Below, one piece after another: positions 19,500-31,266 of a DNA stretch of 64,000 nt. Positions within the stretch are counted from its first letter, which is position 1; each line of letters begins with the position of its first letter. The DNA is from the human T2T-CHM13v2.0 reference genome, Homo sapiens. A program made the position numbers and the translations under genes. The notes under the pieces are model-generated. The model was given only the letters and a program-made list of their open reading frames with translations, did not search any database and was not told the origin of the DNA. The stretch lies in NCBI RefSeq assembly GCF_009914755.1, contig NC_060938.1. One strand, given 5' to 3'.

Positions 19500-20866
19500 T
19501 GTGGGAGACAGGCCCTTGGGGGTGGAGGTCTTTGATTTCATAAGAACCTGAGAAAGATTTTTCTAAGATATGTGTAACACACCAACTTACTGTGACCTGG
19601 GAAAGGCTGCTGAGGATGTCTTCAACAAAGGATATGGCTTTGGCATGGGGAAGATAGACCTGAAAACCAAGTCCTGTAGTGCAGTGGAATTTTCTACTTC
19701 TGGTCATGCTTACACTGATACAGGGAAAGCATCAGGCAACCTAGAACCCGAATGTAAGGTCTGTAACTATGGACTTACCTTCACTCAAAAACGGAACACA
19801 GACAATACTCTTGGGACAGAAATCTCTTTGGAGAATAAGTTGGCTAAAGGGTTGAAACTGAGTCTTGATACCATATTGGTACCAAACACAGGAAAGAAGA
19901 GTGGGGAATTGAAGGCCTCCTATAAATGGGATTGTTTTAGTGTTGGCAGTAATGTTGATCTAGATTTTTCCGGACCAACCATCTATGGCTGGGCTGTGTT
20001 GGTCTTTGAAGGGTGGCTTGCCGGCTATCAGATGAGTTTTGACACAGCCAAATCCAAATTGTCACAGAATAATTTCGCCCTGGGTTACGAGGCTGCAGAC
20101 TTCCAGCTGCACACACATGTGACCGATGGCACTGAATTTGGAGGTTCTATCTACCAGAAGGTTAATGGGATTGAAATGTCAATAAACCTTGCTTGGACGG
20201 CTGGAGTAACAACACCCATTTTGGCATTGCTACTAAGTACAAGCTGGATTGTAGAACTTCTCTCTCTGCTAAAGTAAATAATGCCAGCCTGATTGGACTG
20301 GGTTATACTCAGACCCTTCGACCCGGAGTCAAATTGACCCTTTATCAGCTTTAATCGATGGAAACAACTTCAGTGCAGGAGGTCACAAGGTTGGCTTGGC
20401 GTTTGAACTGCAAGCTTAATGTGGTTTGAGGAAAGCATCAGATTTGTCCCTGGAAGTGAAGAGAAATGAACCCACCATGTTTTGGCCCTACAATCCTTCT
20501 GTGAAATTTCAAAAGTGTGAACTTTTTACTCTTCCAAAAAATTGTAATCCTCCCCACACTGAAGTCTAGGGGTTGTGAGTCCCTCCTGAGGGGAGGCGCT
20601 GGAAAGCATGCCTGGAAGCTGTCCTGTTTGTGCCACGTTTCGGTTCAGTTCTGCAGTGTTATTAAATGTGTTCCTCGGCGACAGTGTGGTGTCATGTTAG
20701 AGGAGACGATCTGAACCTCCAGTTTGTACCTCGTGTCCTGCATGTTCACACCATTTTTTTCATGACTCTGTAATATATTGGTCTCTGTGCTATTGTGGAA
20801 TCTTTGATTTTGCATCAGAGTAAAATAAAATAAACCCATCACATTTGGAACATAAAAAAAAAAAAA
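19500..20866 (+). pseudogene. VDAC3P1: VDAC3 processed pseudogene (probably VDAC3P1)
   Basis: Intronless MCNTPTYCDLGKAA... from ATG 19570; frameshift at ~20205 and another at ~20340; native stop TAA 20417-20419; 3'UTR; AATAAA at 20824; poly(A); imperfect TSD A-rich-AAGCT. The P1 number is from recall. Confidence 0.93.
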
Positions 20867-21579
20867 CAAGCTAAGTCTGATTAAGCTGTGTGGGCCCCAG
20901 TACCTTCAAGGCCTGTCTCCTGTGGTACCAGAGTGATTATTTCTATCTTATCTCCTTTACAGCTTGGTCTGGAGTGCTGCCTTAGACTCTCTGATGAATC
21001 TATTCAAACAGCTGCCTCTGTTACCTTGACTCGTCTCAGATTTTGTCGACCCGAGGCAGGTCCTGGCACTAGGAATGTTAGATTCTATTATTTTGACTTG
21101 CTCCAGGTTAGGGAGAAGCCCATGCAAGGCTTCTACTGACCGTATGCTTTATTTGTAGCTTTGATGTCTGGGCACCGATTGCCCTAGGTTTAACTATTTG
21201 CTCAGTGTTAAGGCAGCGCTGTGGAAATCTGTGTAACTGGGGTGCTGTGCAGGCCTGTCTGTCGACTGTCATACAGGCCCGTCTGTGTGATTGTCAGGGA
21301 GAATTGGCCTGCCACAGTTGTGACAGACCACATGGCTTTGAAAAAGCCAAAACTATTTACCAGCTGGTCCTTTGCAGAAAGTGTACTGACCCTTGTTCTG
21401 CAGGAGTGTCTTTTGTTTTTCACTGCCTCTAATTAATTTCTTAATTTTGAAATAATGTATTTTCTATTCTCAAGATTTTTTTGTTTGTTTTCCAATTGCT
21501 CTTAGGCAAGATCTTCTTGACTCTCCTCATCACTTCTCTACGATTCCCTCCTTTAGACATGCCACATTCTGACTGCGCA

Positions 21580-21840
21580 GCCTGGCGGGAAGACCGTGCC
21601 TCCCTGGGTGGGGAGGCTGCAGCCTTTAAACTTCCCAACACCCCGACCCCTGACACGTCTGCTCGCATTCGGATGCCCGGGCCTCCCGGCCTCCTTGCGA
21701 ATGAAGTGCCGGCGGCTCCCACAAAGGCCTGGCTGCCACAGTCCCCACGGTAATTGCGAGACAGCAGGCAGGAGAAGTGAGCGGGAAGTTTCTTCCCCAA
21801 AGCTGATGGTGAACGGGCCCCCAAGCTGGGACCCGATGAC
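21580..21840. promoter_or_regulatory. Small CpG-rich patch, candidate enhancer
   Basis: Locally high CpG and GC content; not recognised as a repeat; ~4.5 kb upstream of the main island. Confidence 0.35.
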
Positions 21841-22099
21841 TAGCTGGGAGTGAGGAGAGATTTTGGCTTTCCTAGGTGTGAGCTGGATGGGGCTTCCCTT
21901 CCCAGTGGCCTCAGGGCTCCTGGGAAGGGGCACGGGCTCCAGGGGGACCCTTAGGCCTCTCTAGGATGGCTGGCTGGTTGTCCCAGGCATGTACTTGGCT
22001 TAGTTTTCTTCTTCAATTAAGTGGAGACATTAAGTTCCCATAAAGTGGGAACACTCAGACTTGGCTGCAGAACAGCAGGCCTGCTCCCGCCCAGCCCTG

Positions 22100-22480
22100 T
22101 GACACAGCCAGGTGGGAGCAGGTCCCTGGAGAAACTCCAGCCAGCCTGCCCACTGAGGGGGAGCCTCGGGAAGTTCACAAGGTTTGCAGCAGGGAGGAGC
22201 CTGGCCCCTCCCCTTCCTGCGTGGAACCCGGGATTCCGACTGCCAGGCCGGGCGGGAAGCGCTCTAGCGGAGGGACTCTGGCCTTGCGAGAGGAAAACCA
22301 GAAAATTCTGTCATGGGGCTCTGGAACCCCCATGCTCACCCGCTCCCGCCCTGGGGAGTATACTTCTGCTGTCAATAAATCTCTGCTTTTATTGCTTCAT
22401 TCTTTCCTTGCTTTGTTTGTGTGTTTTGTCCAGTTCTTTGTTCAAGATGCGAAGAACCTGGACACCCTCCACCGGTAACA
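22100..22480 (+). mobile_element. ERV1 LTR sequence: MER61-like 5' part plus an LTR 3' end
   Basis: Starts tgacacagccaggtgggagcaggtccctggagaaactcc; AATAAA at ~22374; ends gaacctggacaccctccaccggtaaca. Confidence 0.65.
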
Positions 22481-22759
22481 CTAGGTCCTCCTTTCTCCTT
22501 GCAAACAGTGGCACTAAGAAGTTGCCCTCCACAAGACAGGTAGCAAAGATTTTCCCCCAGCCCCGTCTGGCCACGCTTCTTATTGATGGGTCCAGATCTC
22601 TAAGTCACCCCAGCAGAAGGCTGGAGTGCTCCCCGGTATGACTATAGGGCCCTCATCCCAGAGTCACCCCTCCTGCCTTCAAAGCCAGTAAAACATGATC
22701 TTAGGGAAATCACTTTTGAGTGGGGGAGCCCGAGAGAGGTGAAATTAAAATAAGCTCCA

Positions 22760-22958
22760 GGCCGGGCACGGTGGCGCACACCTGTAATCGCAGCACTGTG
22801 GGAGGCCAAGGTGGGTGGATCACCTGAGGTCAGGAGTTCAAGACCAGCCTGGCCAACATGGCGAACCCCCATCTCTGCTAAAAATAAAAAAATTAAGCTG
22901 AGTGGGCATGGTGGCGGGAGGCTGAGGCACCAGAATTGCTAGAACCAAAAAAAAAAAA
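22760..22958 (+). mobile_element. Alu with deleted right arm
   Basis: Left monomer intact; right arm internally deleted. Confidence 0.8.
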
Positions 22959-25578
22959 GCTCCAGCTTTGACCCACAGGCCATCTTCAAGGTGTGGAAGC
23001 CAAAATGGACCAGAAGTAATTTCTATTTCCTGCCAGATAGAACACAAGCAGGAGCCGTAGTTGCCAAAAATGCCCGCGCACACAGGCTAGTGGTCTCTGA
23101 CCCTCCCAGGGCACTGCTTGGGTTGGAATGGCGGCGCTCACGCAGGATTCCTTCAATTCTGCACTGTCACAAGCCCACAGGGCTGGAGAGGCTGGCAGCA
23201 CAAAGAGGAATGAGACTCGCTTGCTGGTCTCATGAAGTTCACAGCCTAGTTGGGGAGCCTGCAAGTAAGAAGACAATCCCGATGCAGGAGGGCAGGCGTG
23301 TGACCCCGAAACAGTGTAGAGAAGGAGCCTGCAGCCTGTGGTGGGGGAGGGTGGTGCTGAGCGGTCCAGGAGAGACCTGACACATAGCAGGATTGAAGAT
23401 GATTTGCCAGGCAGGCTGAGGCAGTGAGCAGGGCAGGAGAGGAGGCAGACACGTGCCGAGGAGCGCAAGGCACATTAAACGAATGGATGAATGAAGGAAA
23501 ACTAGCCATGCTGTGTTTAAGGAAAACAACTGCTGGTAATAACTGAGTTGGGCAATGAAATTAATGGTGTGAATGAAAAAGGGGTACAGGGTCACAGGTG
23601 GTCCCCCAAACCCCTGAGACATCTGTGGTTGTCTAAGCGTGCTTTACTTTGGATTCTGGCATGCATTTGTAACTCACTTATGCTGGTTAATGTGAACCAG
23701 ACATGGTCTCATTGGTGAATCATCGAAAGCAACTGTGTTTCTTTCCATTATTTGTGGTGAGTTTCGTTTTGGCAAACACTAAGCAATGGAGAAGATGGTC
23801 CATGGAGCTGGCTCCTCAGCAGTGACCCCAGGGCTGGAAAAACTTCAAGAACTGGGCAGGCAGTCCAAGGCCTTGGAGTCTGCAGAAATACATGCTCATT
23901 TGGCTCTTATTCCAGTCACCTGTGTGACCTCCTGGGGCCTCAGTTTCATCACCCTCTGGACAAGTAGGTTGGATGAGATGCCCTTTGAAGACTTGCTAGC
24001 TCTGTTATCTGTGACTCTGTGACTATCCTGAACCCAACAAACAGCCAAAATCATCTTTCCTGCCTCCCTTACAAATGGAAATTCCAGCCCAGGAGCGCTT
24101 GGAGGCATGGGTCGTCAGCCTGGCTGAGTGTCCTGCACCCACACACATCAGATGTCATGAAATCACTGACTCTGGCAAGGAAACTTTCCAAATCCTAGGA
24201 CTGGTGACCTCCAGAAATAAGTCATTCGGGGGAGCCACATGTCCAAATGTTAATTTTCTTTTTATCAGAAGAATGGAAAACATGAATTCATGTACTTTTA
24301 AGGAATAAAGCCTTTGTTCAGAAAATGCAAAACGTGCCAAATAGACTGTGGTTTCAAATTATGTTTCGTTAAGGAAGAGGGGAGGGGAGGCGAGGGGGAG
24401 GGTACTGAAGAAGGGCAGAAAAGGCCTTTCTCGGGATCTACTTTGTGTGGACATCGGCATCTCATCTGAGCCTCAGCAGCACCTGCCAGATGGGCTTTAG
24501 GATTCCCACCTGCCAGAGGAGGAATGGAGGTCAGAGAGGTGTGAGCTGGAGGATTAACACAAGGAGCCTCTGACTCCCCAAGCATCCCAGGGTCTGTCAG
24601 ACAAAGACCAATGCCCACTCAGGTGGAAGCAGGGCACAGGATAGGATGTGAGTGGTCCCAATCTGTCGTCTCTCAGCTCCTCCTGCAGCTCATGAAGCCC
24701 TCTGATGAACAAACATCAGCTGCAAGAAACAACCTCTCCAGGAGCAAGACGGTAACAACTTGTCAGACTTCAGGGCAGCAGGGAAAATACCTGATCTGGA
24801 GATCAGAGTGGGCCACATGCTGAAAGAGCATCAATAAACCAGGCTGCAAACAAGCAGGCCTGTATCCCAAGGTCTCAGCACAGGACTTTGATAGGCAGTG
24901 ACCAGGGGTTAACCTTGCCTTTCCATAGCACAGCTGGAATGTCCCCAGGTGACCTGAGGCTTGTGCATTTTAGTAAATTTTAGGATGCAACAAGACTCTC
25001 CTGTAGCAAAGAGACCACTCTTGAACTTGTGAAGAGAGGGACAAATGAGGTTATGAGAGGGTACCACCCTCAGGGGCTGCTACCAGGGCTGTAGGAGATC
25101 ATGGTACCCTTTCAGGTTTGACAACTCTGGGCTTAAACAAATACAGGAAGGAAAGTGGAGGTGCTACAACCAATCGCTAGGGAACTCTAAATACCTGTAC
25201 ACGGTGAGGGAGGTACAAGGAGACAGGGAGAGAGAGAAGCACATAGAGACCCAAACTGCAGCCCATGACACTGATGTTCAACCCCAGCAAACTAGAACGC
25301 ATGGGCACTGGGATTCCGAGTCAGAAAAACGCTGCTTGAGACTTGGCTCCACCATTTACTATATCTTGGACAAAACTGCTTAACACACACAGCCTCTCCT
25401 CAATCCTGGACAGGAGGAAAATAGCGACCCTTCATTGCCCTCCTAACTGCCAGACGCTGACAAACGCCTTAAATGCTCTTGTTCAGACCGTTTTTCAAAA
25501 GGTAGCTATTAACGTTCTGTGACACGGGGAAGGGAGGCAATAGTGCCCATACTGGTAATGCATGAGGAACTTTGTCTT

Positions 25579-25871
25579 CTTTTTTTTTTTTTTTTGAGAC
25601 AGAGTCTCACTCTGTCTCCCAGGCTGGAATGCAAGATCTCGGCTCGCTGCAACCCCTGCCTCCTGGGTTCAAGCGATTCTCCTTCTGCAGCCTCCCAAGT
25701 AGCTGGGATTAAAAGTGCGTGCCACCACGCCGGGCTAACTTTTTGTATTTAGTAAAGACAGGGTTTCACCATGTTGGTCAGGCTGGTCTCGAACTTCTGA
25801 CCTCAGGTGATCCACCCGCCTCAGCCTCCCAAAGTGCTGGGATTACAGGCGTGAGGCACTACGCCGGGCCG
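25579..25871 (-). mobile_element. AluS
   Basis: Reverse Alu consensus; TSD-like ggaactttgtcttc / ggaactgtgtcttc. Confidence 0.9.
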
Positions 25872-26855
25872 GAACTGTGTCTTCTTACACACGGGGAGTG
25901 AGACCCTGGAGGATCTGGGGTTTCCAGCCACCAGTGAGATTCACTAACCTTTAGGAAAGATGGGGATTTAAAAACCAGAGACAACCTGGACGAACTACTT
26001 GACGCTGTGTACGGTAAATGTGATTTTTCACAGGCTGTGGTTCTGGGGACCCGTGTGGGCTCTTGTTGAGCTGGGGGAGATACTTCGAATACTGATATCG
26101 CCCCAAAGCTGCAACTCTCCGGCCCCGCCACGGCTCCTTATGTACAAAGAGAGGGAATCAGTCGCCGGTGACCTCGACGGCCCTCGGATCAGGGATGCCC
26201 CGAGTCCGAGCGGGCAGGGTGCTCAGCAGGGCCAGGTGATGGGAATCATGGGGCCATCGAGCACGGACCCTGGCTCCCCCGGTGGCCTCTGTGAGCTCTG
26301 GGGTCAGGCGGGGACTGGAGGAGCGTCCGCGCCGGGAGGGAGCGCACCGCGCCACGTGCCCGCCCGGCGCCCCGCCCCCACCCCGGCCACGCCCCTCGCG
26401 CTTCCCTCAAAGCCCCGCCCCTCAGCCCCGCCACTCTCGTCCGCCCCGCCCCTCGCAGCCTCAAGCTCAGCGCTCCCGGAGGCGCGGACGGTGGGGCCCC
26501 GCGCCTTTTGTGTCGGGCTTTGACCGCCGCGCGCGCTCATTCACCTCAGCGGCCGCGGGCGGAGGGGCGCACGCGCGCGCAGTCCCCTCGGAGGGCGGTG
26601 GGGCGAACAGCAACGCGCGTACCCTAGCTCTTGGCTGCTGTGCTGAGACTAGCCCGCGCGCCCGCGCGCCTCTCCCTCGAGGACTCGGAGCCGCCCGCGC
26701 ACTCGCCAGGGGCCGCCGCCCCGAGTCTCAGGCGGACGCGCACGCGTTCCCGCCGCCCGGACCCCAGCCGGCTCGCCCCCCGCCCCCCCATCCCCCGGCG
26801 GCGGCCCCCAGGCACGCGCCCGCGCACACGCCGGCCCGGGCACGCGCCCGCCAAG

Positions 26856-26915
26856 ATGGCAGGGGCCGGGGCCCAGCTGTCAGTCGCCGCCGCCGCGGCC
26901 CTTCCCCGCAGCTAG
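26856..26915 (+). other. Candidate uORF1 MAGAGAQLSVAAAAALPRS (19 aa)
   Basis: AAGATGG strong Kozak context; TAG at 26913-26915. Confidence 0.5.
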
Positions 26916-26940
26916 CGGCCCCGACGCCCACCCGGAGAAG

Positions 26941-27012
26941 ATGAGCCCCCGCTGCCCCCCGCAGCCCAGTCAGACGCGGAGCCGCCGCGCCCGGGGCCGG
27001 CTCCCCCGCTAG
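26941..27012 (+). other. Candidate uORF2 MSPRCPPQPSQTRSRRARGRLPR (23 aa)
   Basis: AAGATGA; TAG at 27010-27012; same frame as ATG 27094. Confidence 0.5.
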
Positions 27013-27029
27013 CGCCCGCGTCCCGCGCC

Positions 27030-27053
27030 CCGCCGCCGCCGCCGCCGCCGCCG
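27030..27053 (+). repeat. (CCG)8 in the putative 5'UTR
   Basis: Perfect CCG run. Confidence 0.95.
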
Positions 27054-27093
27054 GGTCGCCCCTGGCCCGGCGCGCCCGTCCCCGGCAGCGACA

Positions 27094-27098
27094 ATGAG
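27094..27098 (+). CDS. EVL: Coding part of the first exon (ATG AG) of Ena/VASP-like protein; intron 1 begins at 27099 and runs past the window end
   Basis: GCGACAATGAG|GTGAGT: A at -3 and a strong donor. The phase-2 split Ser codon fits EVL M-S-E-Q-S-I-C-Q. Exon 2 is not in the window, so gene identity is inferred. Confidence 0.78.
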
Positions 27099-28380
27099 GT
27101 GAGTCGGGGCCGGCGCCTCGTGGGAGGTGGCAGCGGCCAGCGTCGGAGGGGCTGGGCTGGGGGCCCGCGGTGCCCCCGAGGGCGGGAGGGGGGCTCCACG
27201 GGCGCGGGGGCTTCCAGAGAACCGCGGGGGCTCTGCAGAGATTCGGGGGCATTCAGAGCGCGGGAATGGCTTCGCGAGAGCCGTGGGGGCGTCTGGAGAG
27301 CCGGGAGGGTCTGCAGGGCTTGTGGGGGGCAGTGTTCTGCAAGGGGCAGGCGGCGCTGGCTTTGGCTGCTTGTGGGGTCCTCTTAGGCTCCGGGGGGCCT
27401 GCGGCGGCCTGGGAGGCAGACCCCCGCGGGCAGGTGTGGCCGTGTCCCGACCGCGCGAGGACCGAAGTTGGCGGAAGCCCCTGTGCGGTGCCTTCCAGCC
27501 CGGAGGAGGCTGGCCTGAAGCCCCCAGGCGTTGCCGAAGCCTCCCCCTGCCAGCGCCCAGAGCCGCGTTTGGGCTTTTACAGGTGTAGTTTCCCCTCGAC
27601 TTGGAGCCCGTCAACCCCTTCGTCTCCTAATTCTCAACCCCCCTTTTTTTTCTTCTTGCACGCCAGTAAAGTGCAAGGCCCCCAAATGTACCGCTCGTTG
27701 ATGTATCACCCAGCTCGGGAGCCTGCTGATTATCAGGCCAAGAAATAAAACCTTGCTTCTGCCAGAAGCCCGGTGCCCTCTCCCAGTCGCTAAACCCTCC
27801 CTTCCTCTCCAGATCCTGTCGTGACTTTTTTGGGGTAATCACTTTTTTTTTTTCCATTTGTAATTTTGCTTTCTGAACACGTATCTCGTAAAAACTGTAG
27901 TTTGTAACTATAGTTTCGTTTTGCCTGTTTTGTATTATTTATGACAATGAAATAATACAGTATTCTTTTGTGTCTGGTGTTTTTCAAGATGTTTTCGAGA
28001 TCCATTCCGTTGTAATCGTTATTTGTTCATTTTTATTGGTCTATAGTATTCTGTTGTAAGAATATACCACAGTGTACGCATTCTACTGTTACTAGACATT
28101 TTAGTTGTTTCTAGCTTTGTTGGCTATTAATAATGCTGTTATGGATATTGTTGTGTATCTCCTGGTGCATTCATTTCGATTGGGTAGATATCTAGTAGAA
28201 TTTTTAGGTCAAAAGATAAGCATATCTTTAGCATTAGCGGTAAACACCAAGTTGCCAAAGTGGTTCTACGAGCTGACATTCTTACCAAAAAATGTGTGAG
28301 AGTTCTTGTTGCTTCACCTCCTTCTCAACACTTGGTATTGTCAGTCTTAAATTTTAACCATTCTGGTGATTATGAAATGA

Positions 28381-28798
<418 letters not shown>

Positions 28799-29324
28799 TA
28801 GTTTCCTGTAAAATATTAGAAAGCTTACATGTGTTTTCCCTTTTACATTAAGATATATGGTTCACCAGAAATTCATTTTTGTGTGACATAATGTGAAAAA
28901 GGGGTTAAATTTTATTTTTACTTAACACCATTTTTTTCAGCACCATTTATTAAAAAGATAATCTTTTCCCCATAACTCTGTTGTACCACCTTTGTCATCT
29001 TCCAGTCTTCGCTTTGGAGTTATTTTCTTTCTGCCTGAAGAATACTCTTCAGTATTCTTTAGTGCAGGTCTGGCAACAAATTCTTAGTGTTTGTCGAAAA
29101 ACATCATTATTTATTCTTCATTGTTTTCTTTTTTGTAAGTTTTATTGAGATATAATTCACACAGTAAAATGTACCCATTTAAAGCCTATGGTTTAGTGGT
29201 TTTTAGAATATTCAGTTATACAACCATTACCACATCTAATTTTAGAACTTTTTTCCATTTGTGAAGTGTCTTTTTATTAGTTTTATAGAACTCTTGGTTT
29301 GCCATTGATTTCTTTTAGCATTTT

Positions 29325-30210
29325 AAAAATTTAATTCACTTTATTTTTCTTGTATAAAAATCCTGCATTGTATAATAGCCATAGCTGGAGCCTGGGTTCT
29401 CTGCAGTGGAGACTCTGGTCAGTGAATTCCTAGTTTCCTAATAGGTAGACTTGGTGAATATGGTCTCCTTCCAGAGCTTGGGGATCAGATAGCTGTAGGT
29501 CTTTGAGATGACATTAACAGTGGCCTTGGTGAAGTTGCCCAGGGTGGCAGTGCAGCCCCTGACTGAGGTGTGGCAGTCCTTAATGCCAGCCATCATCAAC
29601 AGCTTTTTGGGCACAGAGATCAAGATGAAACCATTGTCTCTGTGTGTAGAGATGAGGTGTACCAGCACAGAGTTGCAGTGGTCTGTCACCTTGCAAGGAA
29701 TGCCGTGGGGCTTGCCAGTGTTGTCTCCTGAGATGCCTCTCTGCACCGGGACAGTGGAGAGCTTGACAAAGATGATGACTCCTTGGATGGTAGTAGGTAC
29801 CGTCTTGGAGCATTTAACACCCAGACCGACATGGATATTTTAGTCCCCAATGGCAACAAGTGCCTTGAATCTGGACCACTGGCCAGTGCAAGTCTCCATT
29901 TTTACTGGCATAATCTTAAACTCATTCGTGAGGGTTGCCCCCAGGAAAAAGTCGATGATCTCAGCCTCCTTGATGGGCAGGGAGAGGAGATAGAGCTTCA
30001 GGGACTTAATCTTCATGTCCTTGACTATGCTGCCCAGTTTGATGATGGGGACCTACTCCTTGGCCTTGGCCTTGGCCTTGGCCTTGCCACCACCAGCTCC
30101 GTGGCCCCAGCCTTAGCCCTGGATGCCACTGCTGTGGCTTCCCATTTTGGGGCCTCTAGGCCCTCCCACTGCACTGGTCTCATTCGCCATTTGGTGTTTT
30201 CTTGGAGAAC
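29325..30210 (-). pseudogene. RPS2 processed pseudogene (possibly RPS2P3), multiply disrupted
   Basis: Minus strand: 5'UTR AAAACACCAAATG (ATG at 30190), RPS2-like peptide [43 protein letters not shown] at 29340-29345; TSD TCTTTTAGCATTTT at 29311-29324 and 30211-30224. Confidence 0.92.
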
Positions 30211-30530
30211 TCTTTTAGCATTTTAAAGCTATTTCATTATCTATGACTTAGTTTCTGTTGAGAAGTCACTTGTCAGTCTCTTGTTCCTTTGAAAGTAGTC
30301 TTTTTCTCTGGCTGTTTTTAAAGTTCTGTCTTTGGTTTTCAGCAATTTTTCTATACTGTCCCTAGTATGGATTTCTTTTTATTTATAATTAGAGTTTTTA
30401 GGGATTCTTGAATTTGTGGCTTCATGTCTTCCATTGGTTTTGGAAATCATCAGCCATAAGTACTTCAGTTATTTCTTCTGCCCCATTTTCTCTTACCTTT
30501 CCTTCTAGGGCTACAGTGATATATGTGAGA

Positions 30531-30865
30531 CCAGCAGTTCACAACTTTTTTGGCACCAGGGACTGGTTTTATGGAAGAAAATTTTTCCTTGGGGGGTTAG
30601 GGGGGTAGTTTCCAGATAAAACTGTTCCACCTCAGATCATCAGGGATTAGCTTCTCATAAGGAGTGCACAATCTGGATCCCTTGCGTGCACAGTTCACAA
30701 TAGGGTTCACGCTTCTATGAGAATCTAATACTTCAGCTCATCTGACAGGAGGCAGACTGCAGGCAGTAATGCTCACTCATCTGCCACTCACCTCCTGCTG
30801 TGTGGCCTGGTTCCTGACAGGCCATGGACCGATACTAGTTCATGTCCAGGGGTTGAGGACCCCCA
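30531..30865. mobile_element. MER1B-like hAT MITE
   Basis: caactttttggcaccagggactggtttt...cacagttcacaatagggttc...ggggttgaggacccc. Confidence 0.82.
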
Positions 30866-31222
30866 TGTTATTCCATTTCACTATATCTTCTATGTCTCTT
30901 AACTGTTTCTCTGCATTTTACATGTTTCTCTCTCTCTTCTTTATTCTGGTTATCTCCTTCTCACTGTCTGTCTCTCTCCATCACCCCTCCTCTGCTGTAT
31001 ATAATCTGCTATTAAAACCACCCATTGAGTTTTTAATTTCAGGGTTTTTAAAAATTATTTTTAAATTTCTTTTTTGTTTTTTATTTTTATTATTTTTCAG
31101 AGTCTCATTCCTTTGCTCAGGCTAGAGTGCAGTGGCTCAGTCATGACTCACTACAGCCTTAAACTCCCACCTTAGCCTCCCAAGTAGCTGCAGCTACAGG
31201 CACACGCCCCCATGGCCAGCTT

Positions 31223-31266
<44 letters not shown>

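Larger units (their letters stand above)
26110..27570 (+). promoter_or_regulatory. EVL: CpG island promoter (distal EVL promoter)
   Basis: Very high GC and CpG density; CCCCGCCC GC boxes at ~26412 and ~26444; NRF1-like GCGCACGCGC at ~26567; YY1-like CAAGATGGC at 26852-26860. Confidence 0.88.

Noticed and set aside
22021-22641. 206-aa ORF
   Set aside because: GTG start, mostly LTR sequence, no recognisable domain
26158-27614. Many overlapping 65-220 aa Pro/Arg/Ala/Gly-rich ORFs on both strands
   Set aside because: Expected from stop-poor CpG-island DNA, and most start at non-ATG codons. Only ATG ORFs with supporting signals were kept
29783-30226. 147-aa plus-strand ORF
   Set aside because: Antisense shadow of the RPS2 pseudogene
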